Shown here piece after piece: positions 6,024 to 12,870 of a stretch of 12,870 nt of DNA. The position numbers and the translations under genes were made by a program. This DNA comes from a virus. The DNA is taken from the UHGV virus genome UHGV-2005248, one strand, 5' to 3'. The notes under the pieces were generated by a model. That model was not told the DNA's origin. It made no database searches and worked only from the letters and a program-made list of their open reading frames with translations. Each line of letters begins with the position of its first letter. Within the stretch, counting starts at the first letter, position 1.

Positions 6024-7973
6024 ATGATTGTTCTAAATCAGATTAACTCCTCACTTTTGTACAATGTCGCTTACAGGTATACCATGAAATCCGAGACGCT
6101 AACTGTCCAACAACTTTTTCAAGACCGCCGACAATACTGCGTTCCATTCTATCAACGTGCCTATGTATGGACTCAGCGAAACCAATGGTCAGCTCTACTG
6201 GAGGATATCCTAGAGAAAGCACAATCCCGGCTCTCGGGTACAAAACCAACTCCCCATTTCCTTGGTGCAGTGGTACTGGAACCTCAACCAAAAAAAGGAT
6301 TATTAGGTGTAGATTCCATACATATTATTGATGGTCAGCAACGATTGACCACTCTTCAATATGTTCTGGCATCCATCCGATTAGCATTACGTGCGACAGA
6401 TCTTTCCAACTTAGAGCCTCTCATTTCGTCTTGCCTGAAAAACTCAAACGAAGACACAATGCGAAATAAAGAAGTAGAGCGCTTCAAACTGTGGCCAACT
6501 TTTCGGGATCAAACTCATTTTATTCAAAGTTTTAATGTTGAAAATATTGACGATATCCGGAATGTATTCTCTGATAGTTTCACGCAGCATGGTACGTTGC
6601 GTAAGCATTTTAATCACCCGCCATCACTAGAAGCATTATGTTTTTTTACTGAAGCCTTTATAAAGTGGATTAAAATAGAAAATCACTCACCACGAGAAAA
6701 TGCTGTAGCATTAATTGAGGCTGTCTTGACGGATCTGAAACTAGTAAGCATATTTCTCGAGGCTGAAGATGACGCTCAAATAATTTTTGAAACATTAAAT
6801 GGCAGAGGTGCGGAACTTCATGCCACAGATCTTATTCGCAATTATATTTTTATGTGCGCTGAACATGAAAATATTAATGCTGTTGAATTATATGAGAATG
6901 AGTGGAAGATCTTTGAAGATACGTACTGGTCAGAAAGACAACGTCGTGGTCGTATTAATAAACCACGCATGGAGTGGCTAGTGCATGCGACATTGCAATC
7001 AGAAAGGCAACGTGAAATCGATCTGTCTCGTCTTTACAATGAGTATCGTGATTATGTAAGTAAGGACTTGCCTTCACAACGAGCAGATCTGCAAGTAAAG
7101 CGCCTCAAACAATATGCATCACAATATAAAGAATTGGTTGGTGGTTTTGGCACAACCCCCATCTCACACTTTGGACATCGCATCGCAGCCTATGATGTGA
7201 CGACACTTTATCCGCTTGCTTTGTTCATTTCGATAGCTAACATCGCCGATGATGAGAAAGCAGCCATGTATAATGATCTTGTCTCCTACGTAGTACGAAG
7301 AGCCGTATGTGGCCTGACGCCAAAGAATTACAACAATGTATTTATGAATGTATTGCGGCACTTGTCTAAAACGGAAATTTCCAGTGTTGAGTTACGTAAT
7401 ATCCTCAATAGCTTAAATGGCGAAGCCTCACGTTGGCCTGGGGACTCAGAATTTCTCAACGCTTGCATCAATGCTCCACTTTATCCTGGCAGGCTCGACG
7501 CACCGAAAATGCGCTCAATGTTAACGGAACTTGAAAGAGAACTTTGTCGCCAAGTGAAGACAGAGAAGCCTGATGTTCCAAATCTTTCTAACCTCGATAT
7601 CGATCATCTTATGCCTCAAAGTTGGTATTCCTGTTGGCCTCTCGAAAATGGTCATATGGTGACAAATTCAGATGCTACGGTATTGAACCAAATTGTTCTG
7701 TCTGGAACCGATCTTACCCCTGAACAGCTACTGGTAAGGAAACGGCAACAAGCGATAGCTACGTTGGGAAATCTAACATTGCTTAACCTTAGCGTAAACC
7801 GTTCTGTTCAGAATGCTGTATTTCTGAAAAAACGTGATGCTCTCATCGTCCACACCAATCTACGACTGAACATTCCACTTATAGTTAAGGATAAATGGGA
7901 TGAGGATGAAATCCTGGAGCGGGGTAAAAAGTTGGGGGAAATTGCATTGAAAGTATGGCCAAAACACGATTAA
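6024..7973 (+). CDS. GmrSD-like type IV (modification-dependent) restriction endonuclease, DUF262 + DUF1524 fusion
   Basis: 649 aa from the first ATG; the more likely start is ATG 6084 (MKSETLTV...), which has an AGG upstream. N-terminal DUF262/ParB-like signature including IIDGQQRLTTL. C-terminal His-Me finger (DUF1524-like) DIDHLMPQSW ... GNLTLLNLSVNRSVQN. Confidence 0.75.
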   Translation: MIVLNQINSSLLYNVAYRYTMKSETLTVQQLFQDRRQYCVPFYQRAYVWTQRNQWSALLEDILEKAQSRLSGTKPTPHFLGAVVLEPQPKKGLLGVDSIHIIDGQQRLTTLQYVLASIRLALRATDLSNLEPLISSCLKNSNEDTMRNKEVERFKLWPTFRDQTHFIQSFNVENIDDIRNVFSDSFTQHGTLRKHFNHPPSLEALCFFTEAFIKWIKIENHSPRENAVALIEAVLTDLKLVSIFLEAEDDAQIIFETLNGRGAELHATDLIRNYIFMCAEHENINAVELYENEWKIFEDTYWSERQRRGRINKPRMEWLVHATLQSERQREIDLSRLYNEYRDYVSKDLPSQRADLQVKRLKQYASQYKELVGGFGTTPISHFGHRIAAYDVTTLYPLALFISIANIADDEKAAMYNDLVSYVVRRAVCGLTPKNYNNVFMNVLRHLSKTEISSVELRNILNSLNGEASRWPGDSEFLNACINAPLYPGRLDAPKMRSMLTELERELCRQVKTEKPDVPNLSNLDIDHLMPQSWYSCWPLENGHMVTNSDATVLNQIVLSGTDLTPEQLLVRKRQQAIATLGNLTLLNLSVNRSVQNAVFLKKRDALIVHTNLRLNIPLIVKDKWDEDEILERGKKLGEIALKVWPKHD

Positions 7974-8223
7974 TGCAATTAATAAAATGATTATAGCGGC
8001 TTTACATTAGTAAGGCCGCTACTCACTATTAAATCCTTTAATTTGCAACAAGAACAGCAGTGTCAGCCCTAGGTTTCGGACTTTGTACCGCTTATCTTGT
8101 CTTCAAAAATCAGCTCGCATCCTGCACAGCTCAACGCATTACGTTGTAGATCGGTGTTCTGGTCATTTGTTGATACGCGTACATAGCCAATAAGCATGGT
8201 AGCTCCCCCTGACAAAAGCAGGA

Positions 8224-8559
8224 ATGATGCCATTTGCTCGTTATTTCTGCATTTTCATAAACGTTGGTTTTGGAGAAGGTGCTAACTGGGTTATGTTACC
8301 TGGAGGAATGATAATTCAGCGTGTTTATCTTGGATTTCCTGTTGGCACCAATGTAAGACACATAACTCTCCCCCGGTCGTTTACAACAACGAACTATTCC
8401 ATCTCAATTAACTGGAATGATATCGGTACTGTAACAACTGAAACACAATCGCCAGCAAATGTGGCGGTTGTTCATCAAACAAAATCATTAACAGGGGCCA
8501 GCATCTGGCAGGCAGGTCCCGGGGGATTTAATGTGGACATTATAGCGGTGGGGTATTGA
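8224..8559 (+). CDS. tail-fibre C-terminal fragment (alternative variable tip, S'-like), likely remnant
   Basis: 111-aa ORF ending 2 nt before the plus-strand tfa. Frame is closed upstream at 8200-8202. Position mirrors the tail-fibre tip genes of invertible segments; no recognisable motif. Confidence 0.35.
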   Translation: MMPFARYFCIFINVGFGEGANWVMLPGGMIIQRVYLGFPVGTNVRHITLPRSFTTTNYSISINWNDIGTVTTETQSPANVAVVHQTKSLTGASIWQAGPGGFNVDIIAVGY

Positions 8560-8560
8560 T

Positions 8561-8989
8561 ATGTACGTATGGAGCGCTAAAGCAAATGGCTTTTTCCCCA
8601 TATCGGAGAAAGAAAAATTTGAGGCATCAGGTCTGTGGCCTGATGATGGTGTAATAGTCAGTGAGGAAGAACATAAAAAGTTATTTATGGATATTCCACC
8701 AGGAAAACAGATTGGAACACTGAATGGAAAACCAGCACTGATAGATATTCCTCAGCCGACCCAAAAGGAATTAATAGCTATTGCTGAAGTTAAAAAATCC
8801 CAATTACGGGAAAAAGCTGACAGTGAAATATCCTGGCGTCAGGATGCTGTTGATGCTGATATCGCAACTGATGAAGAAACTTCAACTCTCACCGAATGGA
8901 AGAAATACCGAGTGCTGCTGATGCGTGTTGATACTTCAACAGCACCCGATATTGAATGGCCTACGCCTCCGGCAGTTCAGGCCAGATGA
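8561..8989 (+). CDS. tfa: tail fibre assembly protein (Tfa chaperone)
   Basis: C-terminus [23 protein letters not shown] is the conserved Tfa C-terminal signature (compare TfaE ...[23 protein letters not shown] as I recall it). Confidence 0.85.
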   Translation: MYVWSAKANGFFPISEKEKFEASGLWPDDGVIVSEEEHKKLFMDIPPGKQIGTLNGKPALIDIPQPTQKELIAIAEVKKSQLREKADSEISWRQDAVDADIATDEETSTLTEWKKYRVLLMRVDTSTAPDIEWPTPPAVQAR

Positions 8990-9566
8990 CATCCGGCGCG
9001 GTGCTGGGATCTGTTGCCGTCACCGCGTCAATGTAATCCAGCACAGCGTTAAGCCGGGTTGTTTCTGCCTGCGTCAGTTTCCGCCCGGCCTGTAATTTCA
9101 GCTGAATCAGACTAATGGAAGCCATTGCTGCATCAATCAGTGACTGGCGCTGTGCTTCTGCCGCTTCTACTGCGGCGCTATGCTGTGCCTCAGTATCGGT
9201 CACCCATTTCTCACCATCCCATTTATCGTATGGCGTTAATGGGGCGATAGTGGTTGTATTTTCAGGGTAATCACCCGGAACTGTGATTTCTCTGGTATCT
9301 CCCGTTTCGGTACTATAGACAACTTCACCGCGATGGTCTGGCACATATTCCCATGAATTTAAATCTACAGAGCGACAGATTGCATAACCAGCTTTATGTA
9401 TACCTGGTGCATCCAAACAGGAACATGCCGGGATACCGACGCCGACAGCGAGATATTCAGTTGATGTAGAAATATATTCCCGCGTTTCACCATCATAATT
9501 ATAAATGATAATGTCTCCTGCTTTTATGGCAATGAGTTCGCTATTTAATATAGCTTTATTCATCAT
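8961..9566 (-). CDS. tfa: tail fibre assembly protein (second, divergent Tfa)
   Basis: 201 aa. Tfa-like core ([14 protein letters not shown]) and C-terminal [14 protein letters not shown]. Start overlaps the tail-fibre gene stop by 4 nt. Converges on and overlaps the plus-strand tfa by 29 nt. Confidence 0.8.
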   Translation of the reverse strand: MMNKAILNSELIAIKAGDIIIYNYDGETREYISTSTEYLAVGVGIPACSCLDAPGIHKAGYAICRSVDLNSWEYVPDHRGEVVYSTETGDTREITVPGDYPENTTTIAPLTPYDKWDGEKWVTDTEAQHSAAVEAAEAQRQSLIDAAMASISLIQLKLQAGRKLTQAETTRLNAVLDYIDAVTATDPSTAPDVIWPELPEA

Positions 9567-10237
9567 GCGGCCCTCACAATATAATTAAAAGCGATGTTAC
9601 GAGGACGAGTTTCTGTACCTACATTTCCACTAATTTCACCATAACGTTTAACACTACGAGAGCTAAGAGCTCGTAGTGAGGAAGGCACCTTAAGACCGGG
9701 TTCGTCCGTTTTAACTATTCCCCCGTCACCGTATGTAGCCAGTATTCCTGGGTTTACTCCTTCCCGTGCACTTCCTGCGGCGAGTCCGTCCCCTGTCCAT
9801 AATTCCATATAGTGTGCATGGTCCAAAATTGTGTGTGGCTGCCAATTAAGCAAAGCGCGACCAGTATCAATCCCGCGACCGTCATCCCAGCCACGAATAA
9901 ATTCACCGCGTAAATCAGGCAATTTATTGGTCTGGTAAGCCTTTGCCAGTTCCGGGTATTCTTCAGCAGAAAAAGCCGCACCATTGCATTTCAGCCAGCC
10001 TGTTGGCGGAGTGGCTGAGGGCCACGGAACAGGCACACCAACGGGTAATGCCGAACCTTCTCCCAAACCAAGGTTTTCGAGAGCCGTTTTCACCGTGCCA
10101 TCCGATTTGATATCGCCAAACGGATTCTTGCGGCTTAACAGCAGCGCACGAAGCGCGGTAAGCAACTGGTCGTGCCGCCCCTTCTCCAGGCTGGCACCGG
10201 ATGCCTCCACCACGCTGCAAAGCTCCTCCTGCAACAT
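9563..10237 (-). CDS. tail fibre protein, C-terminal part with phage tail-collar domain (5' portion missing)
   Basis: Collar-domain-like motif [40 protein letters not shown]. The frame stays open upstream of the first ATG to 10339, then hits a stop beside N-gene-derived sequence. Confidence 0.7.
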   Translation of the reverse strand: MLQEELCSVVEASGASLEKGRHDQLLTALRALLLSRKNPFGDIKSDGTVKTALENLGLGEGSALPVGVPVPWPSATPPTGWLKCNGAAFSAEEYPELAKAYQTNKLPDLRGEFIRGWDDGRGIDTGRALLNWQPHTILDHAHYMELWTGDGLAAGSAREGVNPGILATYGDGGIVKTDEPGLKVPSSLRALSSRSVKRYGEISGNVGTETRPRNIAFNYIVRAA

Positions 10238-10854
10238 GTCAAAGTAGTCATCATCCAGATCGGTGGCAGGCGTGCCTGTCTGGGGGTTACCACGGGTAAA
10301 ACCGTTCTTACCCGCGCCGAACTTATCCTTCTGCGCGGTTTACCGATAACGTCGTTCTGCACGAAATCCGCCACACCATCGATACTGAAACCGCTGAAGC
10401 TGTCACTGATGCAGTCATCCAGTGCAGAACAGGATGACATCAGCGTCTGCGCCGTCGCCGCACCTGATGTGGGGTAAGAGAGTTCTCCTGCTTCGACAAA
10501 CTTCAGGTCAAAGCGGACAATACGCCCTTCACTTTTCGATGTGCTGACCCGAACTTCCCCGTCAACACAGACTTTCAGCTCACCATATGTCGGGTGGACA
10601 AGCGTGCCGGGACCGGGTTTATTCAGCGCTTCAATCAGGCGATCGCGCTGGTCAAAGCAGTCATCTCCCACCACATAAGCTGTGATGGACGGGCGGAAAG
10701 TGACTTTTCCCAGATCTTCGGTATAGGGCTTGTCGCGGTTCGGGTATTCATGTGTTTCCACACGGCGACCGGTTCCCGCACTTTCTTCTTCAACCTTAAA
10801 CGGCACACCTCGAAATGACGCATCCTGTAGCCTGTCTTTCCACGTCATATACAC
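10135..10854 (-). pseudogene. Mu-like DNA circulation protein N, N-terminal fragment; reading frame degenerates after about aa 170
   Basis: N-terminus MYMTWKDRLQDASFRGVPFKVEE..RRVETHEYPNRDKPYTEDLGKV..AYVVGDD..RDRLIEALNKPGPGTLVHPTYG fits the DNA-circulation N-terminal domain pattern as I recall it. The last ~70 aa of the ORF are R/C/W/P-rich, out-of-frame read-through of tail-fibre sequence. Confidence 0.6.
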
Positions 10855-10860
10855 TCCGAA

Positions 10861-10889
10861 AATAAAAAAGCCACCTATTAGAAGGTGGC
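10861..10889 (-). terminator. rho-independent terminator after the 176-aa moron gene
   Basis: Stem GCCACC/GGTGGC (10870-10875 / 10884-10889) with 8-nt loop, followed on the minus strand by TTTTTTATT (10861-10869). Confidence 0.6.
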
Positions 10890-10909
10890 CTTGTAATGAA
10901 TTTTATTAA

Positions 10910-11440
10910 TTAGCGGGTCAGAAACAACGAATCTTTATACTTTTGCTGTTGTTCATTTAAATACTTAGCTGTTTCATCGCTGGCAAATGGAAATATTACC
11001 GTATTTTTAGGCATGGTAATTTCTTTTTTGTCCAGCGTCAGAGTAAACATAGGAACATACTGAGCAGAGTAACGCACCGCAGAAACGAGCTCTAGTTTAG
11101 ACTCTTCAATAACACTTAAATTATCCAGGCTAACTTTCTCTTCATCTTTTTTCTTTGACGCATTTAAAGTTTTTATTACTTTATTTAATTTCTCCTGAAA
11201 ATCCTCCTTAAAGTTTTCAGGATTGCCGTCGACAACAAGAATCTGTTCACCCTGATTATCTGGAAAAATAATCTTTGCACTTATCAATTTATTTTCTTTA
11301 TAAACATCACCAAGTTTTATGGCTCCTCCAGATAACTGAATAATATGTTCATCTTTAAAGGAGATGTTGCCAGAGATTATGAGAGATGAAAAAATAGCCG
11401 CTGCTCCAAGAATTACACTTGCTGTGATATAGCCTTTCAT
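10910..11440 (-). CDS. hypothetical membrane-anchored protein (AT-rich moron inside tail module)
   Basis: 176 aa. Single N-terminal hydrophobic helix ITASVILGAAAIFSSLIISG, then a K/E-rich soluble domain. Markedly more AT-rich than the flanking tail genes. Has its own terminator. Confidence 0.6.
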   Translation of the reverse strand: MKGYITASVILGAAAIFSSLIISGNISFKDEHIIQLSGGAIKLGDVYKENKLISAKIIFPDNQGEQILVVDGNPENFKEDFQEKLNKVIKTLNASKKKDEEKVSLDNLSVIEESKLELVSAVRYSAQYVPMFTLTLDKKEITMPKNTVIFPFASDETAKYLNEQQQKYKDSLFLTR

Positions 11441-11531
11441 TTTTCGCCTATTAACATTTTTCTAAATGTGCATTAATTCTATCACTCTATTTATGACTTA
11501 CAACCAGCAATACATGTGAGGGGAATCCTGG

Positions 11532-12455
11532 CTACCAAAATCGGGTATAGCCAACATCGTGATTTATATCAATGCCACTGGAGCGTGTTTCCGTAACCCG
11601 CATACCTGGTGGCATATTTATAAATGATACCTTGATCTCACCATCAACTTTTGGCGCGGTAGCTTTATTAATCATGAAGGGATTCGAGCCTGTGGCATCG
11701 GAGGCGTTGTTTGCCTGAGCCGGATCCACCGCCGGATAAGGAGTGTATCCCCGTGCCGGTATTCCCGTCCCATAAGCATCATAAGCACCCGCGCCCCACT
11801 GCGCAGAGTTAATGGCATCGACCGTGTCACCGGAACTGTCGGTAAACCACTCAATAATTGGCTTCAGCTTGTCCCACATATCCTGAAACCACTTAACAAC
11901 CGGCCCCCAGTTATTGATCACCATCCCCAGCGGCGACCAGGCAAAAACTTTCTTAAGGAGTTCCCAGCCAGCCTCAAAATAAGGACCAATGGTTTCCCAG
12001 AGCTTCTTGAAATAAGGTCCGACAACATCCCAGTTAGTGATAATTAATCCCGCAGCCAGGGCTATCGCCGTCGCAATCATGCCAATCGGCGTCATCGACA
12101 TGATCCTGCTGACAATGCTGATGGCACTGCCCACGCCCATCAATCCCAGTTTCAGAATCGCAAGACCGGCAGCAAGCCCGACGACGCCGCGAATAACCCG
12201 GGGATTTTCATCCGCAAACTTCGTGAATTTTTCCCCCAACTCCCCCAGCCATTGCGTGATATTTTTGGCGTCACCAGAAAATGCGCCGCCAATAGCCGCA
12301 AGGCCGTTAGTTGCGGTCCCCGTCATTGCCTCCCACAGGTTGGACAGCGTACCAAGCTGTGCCTGAACACGTTTATTCAGGCTGGCCTGTTTATTCATCT
12401 TTTGCTGGATCTGATCGTAACCATCCTTTCCTTTATCGATCAGCGCATTGACCAC
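11532..12455 (-). CDS. phage tail tape measure protein, C-terminal portion (5'-truncated)
   Basis: 307 aa from GTG. G/A-rich hydrophobic segments (GVVGLAAGLAILKLGLMGVGSAI, IGMIATAIALAAGLII) and W-rich repeats typical of tape-measure C-terminal regions. Frame is open only to 12518, so the N-terminal bulk of the gene is absent. Confidence 0.6.
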   Translation of the reverse strand: MVNALIDKGKDGYDQIQQKMNKQASLNKRVQAQLGTLSNLWEAMTGTATNGLAAIGGAFSGDAKNITQWLGELGEKFTKFADENPRVIRGVVGLAAGLAILKLGLMGVGSAISIVSRIMSMTPIGMIATAIALAAGLIITNWDVVGPYFKKLWETIGPYFEAGWELLKKVFAWSPLGMVINNWGPVVKWFQDMWDKLKPIIEWFTDSSGDTVDAINSAQWGAGAYDAYGTGIPARGYTPYPAVDPAQANNASDATGSNPFMINKATAPKVDGEIKVSFINMPPGMRVTETRSSGIDINHDVGYTRFW

Positions 12456-12555
12456 CTGAAGGGTTTCGGCATCATCACCAAATATTGCCTTAAGTACACC
12501 TGTTCGCTTACGGGATGTTTATGGAACGCTTTAACGAGTTATCGGAGTTACGCAA

Positions 12556-12870
12556 ATGCGCATGAATGTTTTCGAAATGGAAGGGTTTCTTCGTGGGAGA
12601 TGTGTACCGCGAGATCTGAAAGTAAATGAAACAGATGCTGAATACCTGGTGCGTAAATTCGATGCGCTTGAAGCTAAATGTGCAGCACAGGAAAACAAAG
12701 TAATACCAGTGTCAACTGAACTGCCACCAGCAAATGAAAGTGTTTTGTTATTCGATGCTAACGGAGAAGGCTGGCTAATTGGCTGGCGTTCTCTCTGGTA
12801 CACCTGGGGACAAAAAGAAACCGGAGAATGGCAGTGGACATTTCAGGTCGGGGACCTTGAAAACGTCAAT
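12556..12870 (+). CDS. hypothetical phage protein, DUF551-like (partial, runs off window end)
   Basis: Open frame from ATG 12556 (GGAG upstream) to the window end with no stop; not in the ORF track because it has no stop in the window. W-rich pattern ELPPANESVLLFDANGEGWLIGWRSLWYTWG resembles DUF551 prophage proteins as I recall them. Confidence 0.45.
   Translation, partial: MRMNVFEMEGFLRGRCVPRDLKVNETDAEYLVRKFDALEAKCAAQENKVIPVSTELPPANESVLLFDANGEGWLIGWRSLWYTWGQKETGEWQWTFQVGDLENVN

Larger units (their letters stand above)
8203..12518 (-). mobile_element. degraded Mu-like prophage tail module (tape measure fragment, moron, N fragment, tail-fibre fragment, convergent tfa pair, fibre tip)
   Basis: Gene order tape measure then N as in Mu-type tails, followed by tail fibre plus convergent tfa pair as in G-segment-like invertible regions. 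Both ends and the internal baseplate genes are missing. Confidence 0.5.

Noticed and set aside
7994-8019. Hairpin AGCGGC..GCCGCT after the GmrSD-like gene as its terminator
   Set aside because: No U-run follows on the plus strand, so it is not a convincing intrinsic terminator.
7974-8223. Serine invertase (gin/pin) gene adjacent to the tail-fibre cassette
   Set aside because: Looked for but absent: the gap is only ~250 bp with no ORF.
10322-10349. gix/hix-type invertase recombination site
   Set aside because: Only TTATC and GGTTT..GATAA elements are present with off-consensus spacing, and there is no partner site at the other end of the cassette; kept only as a speculative note.
9754-12803. 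Antisense and overlapping ORFs within tail genes (9754-9984, 9963-10220, 9984-10247, 10172-10477, 10594-10818, 10635-10823, 11672-11854, 12037-12366, 12252-12629, 12531-12803)
   Set aside because: All are embedded in or antisense to better-supported coding frames in GC-rich DNA, and their translations are compositionally biased (R/S/P/C-rich); typical spurious ORFs.

Overview
Mosaic accessory region, apparently enterobacterial, with no rRNA, intact tRNA or CRISPR array. All calls are from reading the sequence and ORF track by eye; no searches were run. (1) The window opens inside an IS1 copy (1-144) that has inserted into the 3' end of a gene. (2) An AT-rich integrase module lies on the minus strand: a 46-nt 3' fragment of tRNA-Thr(CGU) (3717-3762, att core), a P4-type tyrosine integrase (2368-3552), an Abi-class reverse transcriptase (747-2375) whose start overlaps the integrase stop, and a 210-aa partner ORF (118-750) whose native C-terminus is replaced by IS1. 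(3) A short stretch of small genes follows: a lipoprotein-like ORF and flxA with a near-consensus sigma-28 promoter and its own terminator. (4) A stand-alone GmrSD-like DUF262/DUF1524 nuclease sits at 6024-7973. (5) A degraded Mu-like tail module occupies 8203-12518: 5'-truncated tape measure, an AT-rich membrane-protein moron with its own terminator, an N-terminal fragment of DNA-circulation protein N run into a tail-fibre C-terminal part, and convergent tail-fibre-assembly genes in an invertible-segment layout with no invertase. (6) A partial DUF551-like ORF runs off the right edge. The best candidate for an undescribed system is the RT plus partner pair fused to the integrase; the moron and the GmrSD-like nuclease are secondary candidates.
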